Notes: a model not told the origin generated them from the letters alone. A stretch of DNA of 64,000 nt from a virus (IMGVR_UViG_3300028008_000005:32001-96000), one strand, 5' to 3'; positions 48,487 through 59,676 are shown, counted from the stretch's first letter. Program-made: numbers and translations.

Positions 48487-51400
48487 ATGGCAATAAATCT
48501 AAACACTGATCCGTATTATGACGACTTTGATAATACCAAAGGGTTTCATCAAATACTCTTTAAGCCAGGTGTTGCTGTACAAGCGAGAGAATTAACCCAG
48601 ATTCAATCTATTCTTCAGAATCAGATTAAATCTTTTGGTGATAACATCTTCAAAGAAGGTGCTCTTATTCAAGGTGGTCATCAATCTCTAGATACCCAGT
48701 ATCACTCAGTTAAGCTAACTGCCGCTGCGGATTCAATTGTATTGTCATTAATTGATCAAGAGGTATATGGACTAAAATCCGGTATTAAAGCTAAGGTTGT
48801 TAATGCTACCCAAGCGACCGCGGCAGGCGATCCGCCAACTATCTTTATTAAATATCTAAACTCAGGTAAAAGTAAAGAAAAATCCGGATTTGCTCAGTCT
48901 GAGATAATATGGAACGAGGCTAAAACTGTCTCCGTTACTACTGCGGCTACTTCTGTAAATTCAGTTGGAACAGCTTATACCATGACAAACGGTATCGTAT
49001 ATGCTGGAGGATTCTTTGTATACTTTGCTGATCAGACAGCTATCCTAAACAAATATGGTCCAATCACCAACATTATTGTTGGATTCGATGTTAAGCAAAC
49101 GATTAAAGATTTTACAGACGACTCTAGCCTAAATGATCCAGCTAACGGATCATTTAACTATGCTGCTCCTGGTGCTGATCGTCTTCAAGTAGCTCTTACA
49201 CTTACAAATAGACCTTGGCAAGCTGATAATGTAGTTGATCCCGATTTTATAGAAATCGCTAGAATACAAAATAAAAAAGTTATATCTGCTGTAACAAGCA
49301 CTGCATATAATATTCTAGGTGATACCCTTGCTCGTCGCACATATGACGAGTCAGGCGATTATGTAGTTCGTCCATATGATCTTTCAATGGTAGAGCATAA
49401 AAGGACATCGCTATCTGTAAACGATGGATACTACACTGCTGCCGAAGGTGGTGATGCTAATAAGTTTATTAATAAGATCTCCCCTGGTAAAGCTTACGTT
49501 AAAGGGTATGAGATTGATAACGTTAAAAGCGCAGCTATAGCTGGAGACAAGGCAAGAGATACAGCATTAGTAGAATCAGGATCGGTGTACACCCCATTTG
49601 GTAACTATGTTCGTGTTACCAATATTAATGGTGTATCAGAAGAAATAGACAATCTTCCTGAAGTACAGATATACAGCCAATTTACTTCTACCCCGGGTGT
49701 ACCAGAAGGAATAGCAATCGGTACTGCTCGTATTCGTCATACAGAATTCTTTTCTGGTACACCAGGAACAACTACTGCCCAGTATAACGTTTACCTCTTT
49801 GATATTAAGATGAGGACTGGATTTTCGTTTACAAACGATGCCAAGCAAATAGTCTATATTAATTCAGTATATTCTTCTGACTTTACTGCTGATGTTGTTG
49901 AAGAACTATCTAACCTAACAGGTACTATATCAACCGTTGGAGCTTCCCAAACAATACAAGGTATTGGTACACGATTCCTTACAGAATTGAGTATAGGCAA
50001 CTATATCAATATAGATGGGGATACACATCGTGTTACTACAATAATTGATGATACAGGAATTGAAGTATCACCAACGCCCACCCAGAGTCGGTCAGGCTAT
50101 GTATTCTCATCTGTAAAGTCTAAACTATGGAATACCGATAGGAATTCATACATATTCCCCTTACCAGTTAATATTGTTAAGTCAATTGATCCAAGTGGAG
50201 TAGATACGGTATACGAGACTCGAAGAATATTTGAAAGAACTTTAACAGCAGGTGTAGTTCAAGTAGATGCAGGCGTTAACGAAAGCTTCTCATCCGAATC
50301 ACTTGATAATATGCAGCTATATGTTTCTAATGGAGATGTTGTAGATATAACTGGCGACGTAACAATATCTGGTGCAGCAAATACAGTACTCACAATAGAC
50401 ATATCAGGTCAAGGATATACAACAGAAACAGTTATGCTAATTGCTACTGTTTCAAAAAATGGTTCGGCTGCTGACAAAAAGACTAAGTCTCTGCAAGCGA
50501 ATCAACAGCTTGACATCCTAACAGAGGCAACATCGACTGCTCAAAGCATCTCTTTAGGTAAGGCAGATATTTATAGATTAGTCTCTGTTAAGATGACAAC
50601 AACCGGTGTATTCGGTGATGCATCGTATAACAGTACAACAGAAGTTGATATTACTAATCGTTATACCCTTGACAACGGTCAAAAGGCAACATACTACGGA
50701 TTAGGTTCTCTTCGACTAAAAAGTGGATCAAATGCACCTACAGGGCCAATCCGTATTACCTTTGACTACTTTACACATGGAACAGGCGACTACTTCTCTG
50801 TTGATTCATATACTATTGACTATAAGGATATTCCAACTCTTATTCTAGGTGGTAACGAGTACGTACTTCGAGACTGCTTAGATTTCAGACCTAAGATTAA
50901 CGATGCTGGTACCGGCTTCTCTGGTGCTGGATCAAGCGTTGGTGAATTCCCAGACTTTGAAAACGATATTACTACATCATACGAGTATTACTTACCACGA
51001 ACAGATAAGATTGTTATCAATCGCGATGGTCGTATTAAGGTAATTAAGGGTGAAAGCGGATTCGAGGCAAAAGAGCCTACCACACCTGAAGACTCAATGG
51101 CTTTGTATATCCTTAAACAAAAGCCATATGTCTTTAATATATCTACAGATATTGATATTGTTAAAATTGACAACCGACGCTTTACTATGCGTCAAATTGG
51201 CAAGTTAGAAAATAGAATTAAAAATATCGAATACTATACTTCTCTTAACCAGCTTGAGGTTGATACCCAGAACTATCAGATTAAGGATATTAATGGATTT
51301 GATAAGTTTAAGAATGGCTTTGTTGTAGATTCATTCCAAGGTCACGGGATAGGAGACGTATATAACCCCGACTATGGTGTTGCAATCGATTATGATAAGA

Positions 51401-53727
51401 GAGAACTTAGACCTCTATGTAAGACTGAGGCATTTACCCTAAAAGAAGTTGCAACCACAGACGCTGAAAGAGCTGCAGCTGGATATGCTAAGACTGGGGA
51501 TTTGTACACTCTTCCATATACAGAAGAGAGACTAATCTCAAATAATAGATCTTCTAAAGTAGAGAATCTAAACCCATATGACGTGGTATCTTTCCGGGGT
51601 AAGATGAAAGGTAAGCAATCCGACATATGGATTGATACGATTCGTCTTCCGGATCTTCCAGTATCTGTTGACAACTATTCTTCTCTTACTGCTGATGCAA
51701 AGGCAAAGGGAACATATGGCACAGTTTGGGGAGCATGGGAAACAGTCCATTTTGGTACATATCAAGGAACACAAGAAATTGGAACCCGAGTAGGTACTGA
51801 AACAACCTACACTGAAGAGATTACAACAGAAACAAAACATGATATAGTAAGATCTTCTTCTGTTATAGCTAAAATGAGAGATGTTTCTATTAACTTTGAG
51901 GCAGAGGGCTTAATGCCTGACACCAGAATGTACATCTTTATGAATAATCAAGATGTTACTGCAGATTGTAAATCTACTTTGTTATACGATCATGATCTTG
52001 TAGCTGGTGATTCTAATACAACTATTAATGCTTTTGGGCAGCAAGGGAAAATGCTTGCTACAGATGATAACGGAAAGCTAAAAGGTACATTCCATTATTC
52101 TGCAGAAAAGTATAATTGGAACACCGGATCATATATTATTCGAATGACCGATGATTTTGAAAATAATCCAACATATGAGTTTACTGCTGCAGAAATGACG
52201 TTTACCTCTTCGGGAGAACTTCATAATATACAAAATGAAATCGTATCAACACGAAATGCTATTGTTACTTCTAAGCCTGTTATTGAAAAGTCATCAAGAA
52301 CAGACTATTTTGAAAGCGGTAAGCTTAAGAGCAAGTCTTGTAAAGGATTTGATCTATATGAAGAAAAATACGACGGGTCTGGCGGTACATACGAAGTCCT
52401 TATAGATGCAAAGAATATTGGTGTATGTGGATATGTTAAGCCTATTATAACCCCTACCCCAATCGAGCCAGATAACCCTGTAGTTGTACAGACATGTCCG
52501 GCCGGTGGAACAATACTTGATACCTATTGTGATGCTGTTACCTTTAATCTTATGGCAACAGTAGCTGCAGGACCTGATGGTAATGGGAATTGCACAACAA
52601 CAACAGTTATTACCGAAACTGGTTCTACCCAATGTACACCAGTTAGCCCGTGCGATGTTGCTGGAACCCTAGCTCAGACGTTCTGTAAGAATCAAACAGA
52701 TCTATGGGGTCAATACTTTGACGGTACATACAACTACGTTACTGGGGATTGCAACACTTACCAATCCTTAATAGAAGCGAATAATGTTGAAGACTGTAAA
52801 TATATACTTCATACTGCTTATGGTGTACCTACTGGTAACACTGAATGCTACCAGCCTGGATTTATTAAGTATGTAGAATATCACGATGGACTTGGTGGAA
52901 CATATAAGAACATTGAAGAATACGGTTCAGTAGAATGTGGATATGTAACTCCGGCAGTAATCGCAGCAGCTGAAGCTGAGGGCGAAGTTGTTACACAGGA
53001 AGAAAAAGATCTTGCTGAAACATATGATCCTGCTGATCCTATTGCAGCTGGTACACATAATCGTTATGAGTGTCGCGGCGTTGATTACTATGAAATGATA
53101 GCTGATGGAAACTGGGGAGAAACTGCAGTTCTAATTGAAGCTAACTCTGAGTTCTACTGTAACTATACAGTTCCTAAAGATACAATCTTTATTGAAACCT
53201 TTGTCGATCTAGATCCAGACGACGATGATGACGGCGACTTAGATCCTCCACGAGCTCAAGTTGTAGATACCGTTGGATTTATAGGTGGTGTATTTAACTA
53301 TGCATTTGGTAGAAACCTTACAGAAGCAGAAAGAGGAGAAGCTCAGGCTTATTTCGATGCTAACGGTATTACAGCAGACACCCTAGCAAATGCAACAACG
53401 TCTGGCTCTAACATTACTAATGGATATATTGATGCTGACGTTGTCCCTGATGCTTATAATGCAGACGCAGAAAAAGTAGCACTTGCAGTAAAAACCATGA
53501 TTGAGGTTGGTGTAGCTAGGGGATATGGAAGTGATTCAGATGCATCTGTAACCAATTATCTAAATACTGTTGAAGGTGCAAATGTAGAAACTCTTTCAAA
53601 CCAAATTGCTATTCAAGCAATTACAGCTGCTACACACATAGATAACCCTGCGATAGACGAAAGCTGGGCAAAAGAGGCTGTTAGGCTTCTTATAAATAAT
53701 ACTGAAACTGGCGGAAGCCTGGTATAA
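48487..53727 (+). CDS. large virion structural protein (DUF4815/VrlC-like), N-terminal part
   Basis: PYYDDFD, VQARELTQIQ, ARRTYDESGDY, RFTMRQIG, FKNGFVVD. Confidence 0.8.
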   Translation: MAINLNTDPYYDDFDNTKGFHQILFKPGVAVQARELTQIQSILQNQIKSFGDNIFKEGALIQGGHQSLDTQYHSVKLTAAADSIVLSLIDQEVYGLKSGIKAKVVNATQATAAGDPPTIFIKYLNSGKSKEKSGFAQSEIIWNEAKTVSVTTAATSVNSVGTAYTMTNGIVYAGGFFVYFADQTAILNKYGPITNIIVGFDVKQTIKDFTDDSSLNDPANGSFNYAAPGADRLQVALTLTNRPWQADNVVDPDFIEIARIQNKKVISAVTSTAYNILGDTLARRTYDESGDYVVRPYDLSMVEHKRTSLSVNDGYYTAAEGGDANKFINKISPGKAYVKGYEIDNVKSAAIAGDKARDTALVESGSVYTPFGNYVRVTNINGVSEEIDNLPEVQIYSQFTSTPGVPEGIAIGTARIRHTEFFSGTPGTTTAQYNVYLFDIKMRTGFSFTNDAKQIVYINSVYSSDFTADVVEELSNLTGTISTVGASQTIQGIGTRFLTELSIGNYINIDGDTHRVTTIIDDTGIEVSPTPTQSRSGYVFSSVKSKLWNTDRNSYIFPLPVNIVKSIDPSGVDTVYETRRIFERTLTAGVVQVDAGVNESFSSESLDNMQLYVSNGDVVDITGDVTISGAANTVLTIDISGQGYTTETVMLIATVSKNGSAADKKTKSLQANQQLDILTEATSTAQSISLGKADIYRLVSVKMTTTGVFGDASYNSTTEVDITNRYTLDNGQKATYYGLGSLRLKSGSNAPTGPIRITFDYFTHGTGDYFSVDSYTIDYKDIPTLILGGNEYVLRDCLDFRPKINDAGTGFSGAGSSVGEFPDFENDITTSYEYYLPRTDKIVINRDGRIKVIKGESGFEAKEPTTPEDSMALYILKQKPYVFNISTDIDIVKIDNRRFTMRQIGKLENRIKNIEYYTSLNQLEVDTQNYQIKDINGFDKFKNGFVVDSFQGHGIGDVYNPDYGVAIDYDKRELRPLCKTEAFTLKEVATTDAERAAAGYAKTGDLYTLPYTEERLISNNRSSKVENLNPYDVVSFRGKMKGKQSDIWIDTIRLPDLPVSVDNYSSLTADAKAKGTYGTVWGAWETVHFGTYQGTQEIGTRVGTETTYTEEITTETKHDIVRSSSVIAKMRDVSINFEAEGLMPDTRMYIFMNNQDVTADCKSTLLYDHDLVAGDSNTTINAFGQQGKMLATDDNGKLKGTFHYSAEKYNWNTGSYIIRMTDDFENNPTYEFTAAEMTFTSSGELHNIQNEIVSTRNAIVTSKPVIEKSSRTDYFESGKLKSKSCKGFDLYEEKYDGSGGTYEVLIDAKNIGVCGYVKPIITPTPIEPDNPVVVQTCPAGGTILDTYCDAVTFNLMATVAAGPDGNGNCTTTTVITETGSTQCTPVSPCDVAGTLAQTFCKNQTDLWGQYFDGTYNYVTGDCNTYQSLIEANNVEDCKYILHTAYGVPTGNTECYQPGFIKYVEYHDGLGGTYKNIEEYGSVECGYVTPAVIAAAEAEGEVVTQEEKDLAETYDPADPIAAGTHNRYECRGVDYYEMIADGNWGETAVLIEANSEFYCNYTVPKDTIFIETFVDLDPDDDDDGDLDPPRAQVVDTVGFIGGVFNYAFGRNLTEAERGEAQAYFDANGITADTLANATTSGSNITNGYIDADVVPDAYNADAEKVALAVKTMIEVGVARGYGSDSDASVTNYLNTVEGANVETLSNQIAIQAITAATHIDNPAIDESWAKEAVRLLINNTETGGSLV

Positions 53728-53748
53728 TACAAAGAGGCTAGTTAATAA

Positions 53749-55548
53749 ATGTCATATAATGTCGTAGATCCTTTAGCTCAATCTTTTCTTGTTGAGGATA
53801 CCTGTGTAGTTACTAAGGTAGAATTATTCTTTAAGAATATAGACAGAAAGACCCCTATGAGGATTCAGTTAAGGGATATGAAAGACGGATTCCCCGGAGA
53901 TTATATTATTCCTCTTTCAGACAAGTTTGTATATCCTAAAAATATATCTACCTCAGCTGACGGGTCCAAGGGTACTATAGTAAGATTTGATAGCCCTGTG
54001 TTTTTAAAGAAAGGCGAATATGCTCTTTGTCTCGGTTCTGATTCAAAGAAATATACCGTGTTTATATCTGAGCTAGACACTACAGATCTGATTACTGGTA
54101 AAAGAATTATTAAGCAGCCTTATCTAGGATCCCTGTTCAAGTCCCAAAATACCTCAACTTGGACACCCGAGCAAATGCAGGATCTTAAGTTTAGTATTTT
54201 TAAAGCTAAATTTGATACAACTGCAGCTGGTAGTATTGATTTCAATGTTAACAATTCCCTTATGGAAACACAAGTCCTAGAAGAAGATCCTTGTCAGACC
54301 TTCTCAGGGTCTACCACAATGAGGGTAAACCATTTTAATCATGGTATGACTGATGGATCCTATGTTAAGTTATCTGGTATTGCAGAAGTAGATAAGGTAT
54401 TCGGAACAACTGGAACTATACATGGTGTAGACTTTACAAATGTATTGAATACAGCTCTAGTAATAGCAAACGCTAGTCTTAACGGATATACTGTTACACT
54501 CCCTACTGCAGCAAATGCTGATGCTAGATTTGGAGGAACTCGAGTAACCGCTACGGAAAACATTGTAGTAAATGCTCTATACCCTATTACATCTAAGATT
54601 GAAGAAACAACTACACAGGTCCAGCATTTATTTAAAGGGACTTACTCTGATTACTCTCAGGATCTAGCCTACACTGTTCTTGAACCTGGCACAACTGAAT
54701 TATCTAAGTCTAGAATTATTACTAACTCGACTACTAAAGCAGAAAACCTATCAGGAGCAGATTCGTTTAGTTATAGAATTGGTTTAAGCTCTCAGAATAC
54801 TAGACTATCTCCCGTAATCGATCAGCAGCAGCTTGGGGTATTAACAGCACAAAATTTAATAAACAACCCAGACGAATCAACTGAAAATCCATTAACAGAA
54901 GACCTTATAAACTTTATGACTTCTGTGGCTTCTGTAACATTTACAGCTGTTACAACAACTTCCGGAATACTTACGGTACCCCTGGCACAACAAGATGCTG
55001 CACTTAAATTGATACCAGGAACAACAGCATATATTACTGATTCTAATACTACCAATACTGGGACTTATCGTATATCAAATATCGCATCTAATGGTGATGA
55101 GATATTATTTACTAAGATTTCAGGTACATGTGCTACTAATACTGGAACATATACAATTTCAATTGGTAGAAACTTTGTTGCTGAAGAAGCTCCTTCTGGC
55201 GGTTCAGTATACTCTAAGTATATTACTCGTAAAATTGACTTTGCTAATCCGTCTACGTCGATTAACCTTAGATTAGATGTTAATCGGCCGGCGGGATCAA
55301 ACATTAAAGTATTCTATAAGTCAAGCCTAGTTGGTGAATCTGATGATATTGCAGAGAACGAATTCAAACACATTGATGCCTTAATACCTATTCTGCCGGT
55401 ATCTCTAGACAAGAAATTCCAAGAAGTAGAGGTAGAGCTACTTGATCTTCCTCCTTTTGAAAGCATCGTATTTAAGATTGCATTTACATCAACAGATTCT
55501 GCTAGTGTACCTAAGTGTAAGAATCTAAGGATCATAGCGTTAGCATAA
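53749..55548 (+). CDS. virion structural protein (C-terminal part of the DUF4815-like family)
   Basis: DPLAQSF, LGSLFKSQN..TW, SKYITRK, LRIIAL. Confidence 0.75.
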   Translation: MSYNVVDPLAQSFLVEDTCVVTKVELFFKNIDRKTPMRIQLRDMKDGFPGDYIIPLSDKFVYPKNISTSADGSKGTIVRFDSPVFLKKGEYALCLGSDSKKYTVFISELDTTDLITGKRIIKQPYLGSLFKSQNTSTWTPEQMQDLKFSIFKAKFDTTAAGSIDFNVNNSLMETQVLEEDPCQTFSGSTTMRVNHFNHGMTDGSYVKLSGIAEVDKVFGTTGTIHGVDFTNVLNTALVIANASLNGYTVTLPTAANADARFGGTRVTATENIVVNALYPITSKIEETTTQVQHLFKGTYSDYSQDLAYTVLEPGTTELSKSRIITNSTTKAENLSGADSFSYRIGLSSQNTRLSPVIDQQQLGVLTAQNLINNPDESTENPLTEDLINFMTSVASVTFTAVTTTSGILTVPLAQQDAALKLIPGTTAYITDSNTTNTGTYRISNIASNGDEILFTKISGTCATNTGTYTISIGRNFVAEEAPSGGSVYSKYITRKIDFANPSTSINLRLDVNRPAGSNIKVFYKSSLVGESDDIAENEFKHIDALIPILPVSLDKKFQEVEVELLDLPPFESIVFKIAFTSTDSASVPKCKNLRIIALA

Positions 55549-55799
55549 TGTCATTAGTTAAAGTAAAACCATTTGACGGTTATGAACATCTTCTAAAGGA
55601 TACTCGGAATAAAGCTGTGATTAACCAAGACGATAAGGCTTTTTCTGATTATGTTTCAAAAAGAAATAAAATCAGAGAAGAGGAAGCTTTTAAATATAAT
55701 ATGGAAACCCAGATGCAAGATGTTGAATCGGATATAAATAATATTAAGTCCGATTTATCTGATATTAAGAATCTGCTTACTGCATTAGTAAATAAATAA
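55548..55799 (+). CDS. small coiled-coil protein
   Basis: TAATG overlap; C-terminal heptads. Confidence 0.6.
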   Translation: MSLVKVKPFDGYEHLLKDTRNKAVINQDDKAFSDYVSKRNKIREEEAFKYNMETQMQDVESDINNIKSDLSDIKNLLTALVNK

Positions 55800-55810
55800 T
55801 AGGAATCACA

Positions 55811-56767
55811 ATGTCTGTAGCACTCACACTTCGTAGTGTAAAAGGTACCCGACTAACTAATACAGAAGTCGATACTAACTTTAGTAATATTAGCACAGAA
55901 CTTGATCTTAAAGCACCTATTAATAATCCGGTCTTTACTGGATCAGGTCAATTTACTGGTGCTTTAACTGTAGACGGCGATCTAGAAGTATCAGGTACAA
56001 CCACCTTTGTTAACGTACAGAATCTTGGTGTTGCTGATACCATGATCTATGTTAACCAACGAACAGAGGGAACACTAACTGCTGCTTCTGGTGATGGAAC
56101 CAATGTAACATATACAGTTGATAATAACTATGTTGTAGGGGACTTCCTCGTTGTACAGGGTGTTACCCCAGCGTCTTTTAATGTTAACGGAGCATTGATT
56201 ACCGCAACTACAGAGACATCAGTTACAATTGCTTCAACAAATACAGATACATATGTGTCTGGTGGTTCTACCTATGCTAAGACCTATGTTAATCTAGATC
56301 TTGGTTTAGCAGGGGGATATAATTCAGACGGTACAGCAGGCGGGTATGCACACACTGGCGTATTTAGAGATGCTACTGACGGCGGAACTTGGAAGTTCTA
56401 TCAGGGATATACCCCAGAGCCTTCAGCTGGTGTTGACATTAATACGAGTCACGCTAGCTTTGCTCTTGCGCCAATCGCTGGATCAACAATATCAGCAACA
56501 GACTTTAATTCAACGTCTGATATTAGTTTAAAGAAAAACGTGAGAGTTATAGAAAATGCTTTAGATCTGGTAAACAGACTAGAAGGCGTAAACTTTGAAT
56601 GGAAAGATTCCTCCAAAGCTGCTATAGGTGTAATTGCTCAGCAGGTAGAAGAGGTAGTTCCAACTATTGTTAATACAGGTTCAGATGGAATTAAGAGAGT
56701 ATCATATGACTCGCTTATTCCTATACTCATCGAGGCAATTAAAGAGTTATCAGCTAAAGTCAAATAA
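55811..56767 (+). CDS. tail fibre protein with C-terminal peptidase S74 chaperone domain
   Basis: LTNTEVDTNF; SDISLKKN, GVIAQQVE, LIEAIKEL. Confidence 0.8.
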   Translation: MSVALTLRSVKGTRLTNTEVDTNFSNISTELDLKAPINNPVFTGSGQFTGALTVDGDLEVSGTTTFVNVQNLGVADTMIYVNQRTEGTLTAASGDGTNVTYTVDNNYVVGDFLVVQGVTPASFNVNGALITATTETSVTIASTNTDTYVSGGSTYAKTYVNLDLGLAGGYNSDGTAGGYAHTGVFRDATDGGTWKFYQGYTPEPSAGVDINTSHASFALAPIAGSTISATDFNSTSDISLKKNVRVIENALDLVNRLEGVNFEWKDSSKAAIGVIAQQVEEVVPTIVNTGSDGIKRVSYDSLIPILIEAIKELSAKVK

Positions 56768-56801
56768 GACCTTCAGCCGAGTTTCTCTAGGAGATACGAA
56801 G

Positions 56802-57182
56802 ATGGCAATAAAGGTATCAGGCACTACGATTATTGATGATAATCGTAATCTTGTCGACGCCAATGTCAGGGGTAAAAAACAGGATCTAGGTAGCATCTCT
56901 GGTGTAATATCACTAGATATGAATGATGGCGAAACTGTTACAGCAACCATTACTGGCAATACTACATTCACTGCTACAAATATTGTTAGCGGTTCTGTAA
57001 ACACTATTTTCTTTTATCTAACTAATCCTGGGACAGGAACAATTACCTGGCCACCAACTACTACTTGGGACAAAGGAAATTATCCAGTACTTAATTCCTC
57101 CGGTAAGACTCTGATTATTCTAGAATCATACGATAACGGATCAAATTGGTTAGGTGTTCAGGCTTGGCGTCAAAACGCATAA
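56802..57182 (+). CDS. tail-fibre-associated protein
   Basis: AGGAG RBS; MAIKVSGTTIIDD; ITWP..W. Confidence 0.6.
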   Translation: MAIKVSGTTIIDDNRNLVDANVRGKKQDLGSISGVISLDMNDGETVTATITGNTTFTATNIVSGSVNTIFFYLTNPGTGTITWPPTTTWDKGNYPVLNSSGKTLIILESYDNGSNWLGVQAWRQNA

Positions 57183-57191
57183 GGAAATATA

Positions 57192-59156
57192 ATGTCACGT
57201 AGATTCTGGTTAGGTACTCCAAAAGGGCAGTACACGTCAGCTGTTACTAGCTTTCTTACATCTAGACTGACTAATACAACTTTTAATACTTCAGCTCCTA
57301 CGCTAACTCCTACTACTTTTATAACACAGTGGTATACACCTACACCTACGTCAAATTTAACGACTACAACCTATAACACCTTATTTACTGATCCTGGTAT
57401 TGATACTGAATACTCAAGCTCTTTTATAACAAATTATATTACTAACTTTGCGAATGTTGTACCAACTGCGTTTGCTGAAACCACAATATATTCCCCGACT
57501 AGTAATCAAACGTTTAAGGGTAATTATAACACAGATATTTCTACAACTATAAGTCCTGGCACAACACAATATACTGTGCCTACTACATCTACTAGTTTTA
57601 CATCTGGCACAACACAATATACTGTGCCTACTACATCTACTAGTTTTACACCTGGTACAACACAATATACTGTGCCTACTACATCTACTAGTTTTACACC
57701 AACGGCAACTGTGTACACTAGTTATACGCCAACGGCAACTGTGTACACTAGTTATACCCCAACTCCAACTAATTATACTTATTTTTATACCTATCCCACT
57801 CAATATTTACAACCAACTAGTCATCCTACAATTAGCACTACTTACGTTACTCAGGATATTTATCAGCCCACAGAATATTCACAAAATACGACTGTTGCTG
57901 GATATTTCTATACTACATTTACAACGACAACAACATCATATACATATCCCGATTCTGCATCCGGATGCTACCTATATAATGTAGACGGATCGCCGGCCGG
58001 TACATCAGGAGACACGGTACCAAGTAACTGCTCTATTGTATCTTGTACTCCGGCCCCCAACGGCGATACATATTCTACTGGAAATGTATTTACTGATTAT
58101 CCTTATTCTCAAGCAACCTTTTATGTGTCAACATATATTTCTACACAAACAACATATACCACAACATCTTCAAACACTTACGTGGGAAACGGCCTAGGTG
58201 CTCCCCCGTTTGGGGGTTGTTATCCAGAAATAGATGCAGCCGAATATTGCGCAAGTCCTGAGTCTAACTGTTATCCTTGTGCGATCTATGAGGTTACTTC
58301 CACAATCGCCACGTCATATGCTAATTACCCTGTTAGTGTTACAGTATATTATAATTCAGGTTATACCCTTCCTCAGTATACACAAGTTACTTATTTATCA
58401 GCATCTTGTCTAGATTGTAGTTTAACGTGTAATACCACTGAGGAGATTATCGCTGCTAATCCAACTGGAGGATACGTAGCACCTAGCTCTAGAAATACAT
58501 CTTATAATGTAAATACAGTTATCGGTAACACAATTAATACTAATTTAACGCCCACTGAAACATACTATGATTCCGGTTATTATGTTAATACCCAGGGTGA
58601 GGGATATAATGTTACTTCAACGCAGTATACCAGCTTTACCCCAGGTACAACGCAGTATACTAACCTTACACCAGGTTCAACGCAGTATACTAACCTTACA
58701 CCAGTTCAAGAAACAAGGTTTGATCCAACAACATATACTAGTTTTACAACAGTTCAAGAAACAAGGTTTGATCCAACGACATATACTAACCTTACACCAG
58801 TTCAAGAAACAAGGTTTGATCCAACGACATATACCAGTTTTTCTACTACTGTTAGCTCCTTATTGGAAACTACTACATATCAAACTGAAACAGGTATAAC
58901 AACGTCGTTTAGAGATACTGATTATCCTACTAGTAATCCTACTTCAAAAACGACTACAACTACTTTCTTACAGAATACAGGTGCTACTTCATATGAGGTT
59001 CCAACGTCGAATCAGACTACAACTACATATGATACCGATACTTTAACCCAGCAAGAAACATCAAGAGATACCGAGGTTATTACAACTTGGTTAACAGATG
59101 ATGACATAACAACATCATTTACGACTTCTAGGTCTACGACCTGGTTCACGCAATAA
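57192..59156 (+). CDS. Thr/Tyr-rich repetitive fibre-like protein with Cys-rich centre
   Basis: 654 aa; 16- and 10-aa repeats; lies in the fibre cluster. Confidence 0.7.
   Translation: MSRRFWLGTPKGQYTSAVTSFLTSRLTNTTFNTSAPTLTPTTFITQWYTPTPTSNLTTTTYNTLFTDPGIDTEYSSSFITNYITNFANVVPTAFAETTIYSPTSNQTFKGNYNTDISTTISPGTTQYTVPTTSTSFTSGTTQYTVPTTSTSFTPGTTQYTVPTTSTSFTPTATVYTSYTPTATVYTSYTPTPTNYTYFYTYPTQYLQPTSHPTISTTYVTQDIYQPTEYSQNTTVAGYFYTTFTTTTTSYTYPDSASGCYLYNVDGSPAGTSGDTVPSNCSIVSCTPAPNGDTYSTGNVFTDYPYSQATFYVSTYISTQTTYTTTSSNTYVGNGLGAPPFGGCYPEIDAAEYCASPESNCYPCAIYEVTSTIATSYANYPVSVTVYYNSGYTLPQYTQVTYLSASCLDCSLTCNTTEEIIAANPTGGYVAPSSRNTSYNVNTVIGNTINTNLTPTETYYDSGYYVNTQGEGYNVTSTQYTSFTPGTTQYTNLTPGSTQYTNLTPVQETRFDPTTYTSFTTVQETRFDPTTYTNLTPVQETRFDPTTYTSFSTTVSSLLETTTYQTETGITTSFRDTDYPTSNPTSKTTTTTFLQNTGATSYEVPTSNQTTTTYDTDTLTQQETSRDTEVITTWLTDDDITTSFTTSRSTTWFTQ
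57555..57758 (+). repeat. 3x48 nt then 2x30 nt tandem repeats
   Basis: PGTTQYTVPTTSTSFT x3, PTATVYTSYT x2. Confidence 0.9.
58641..58844 (+). repeat. 2x30 nt then 3x48 nt tandem repeats
   Basis: PGTTQYTNLT x2, PVQETRFDPTTYTSFT x3. Confidence 0.9.
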
Positions 59157-59166
59157 GGAGCATTAA

Positions 59167-59676
59167 ATGTTATATGCAAGAATAAACAAAGAAACTGACG
59201 AGGTCTTAGAGTTTCCCATAACAGAAAAAGAGCTTCGCAATGCTCTTTTAAACACCTCTCTGCCATCTAAAATTACCTCAATGACCCTAGCTGGTACTGC
59301 TTATGTATTGGTTCCCCCGATTCATCCAGATCAGCTTACTGTTCAGGCAACTGCTGAAATGGCTATTGAGCCTGTTGGTTGTTCAAAAGATCCTGAAACA
59401 AAAGTCTGGATAAGAGAATATGGATTGGTAGAAGTACCTGAAGGTGGTCGTTTACAAAGGCTTGCCGGCCGATGGAATTATATACGAACAAGAAGGGATA
59501 GAGTTCTTAGGGCTATCGATTGGAGAGTAATAAGAAACCAAAGAGAGATTGCTTTAGGCCTTACTCCTACAGACGATATAGATACTCTATATGCTAAGGC
59601 ACAAGAGATGGCTGATATTACAGATTCACATGAAGATCCGTTCTTAATTGATGCTAGTACTATAACTATAGAATAA
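59167..59676 (+). CDS. tail fibre assembly chaperone-like protein
   Basis: WNYIRTRRDRVLRAIDWR...DIT motif. Confidence 0.65.
   Translation: MLYARINKETDEVLEFPITEKELRNALLNTSLPSKITSMTLAGTAYVLVPPIHPDQLTVQATAEMAIEPVGCSKDPETKVWIREYGLVEVPEGGRLQRLAGRWNYIRTRRDRVLRAIDWRVIRNQREIALGLTPTDDIDTLYAKAQEMADITDSHEDPFLIDASTITIE

Noticed and set aside
57555-58844. CRISPR array or DGR template/variable repeats
   Set aside because: The repeats are in-frame tandem coding units without spacers; no cas or reverse transcriptase gene and no adenine-specific mismatch pattern were seen.
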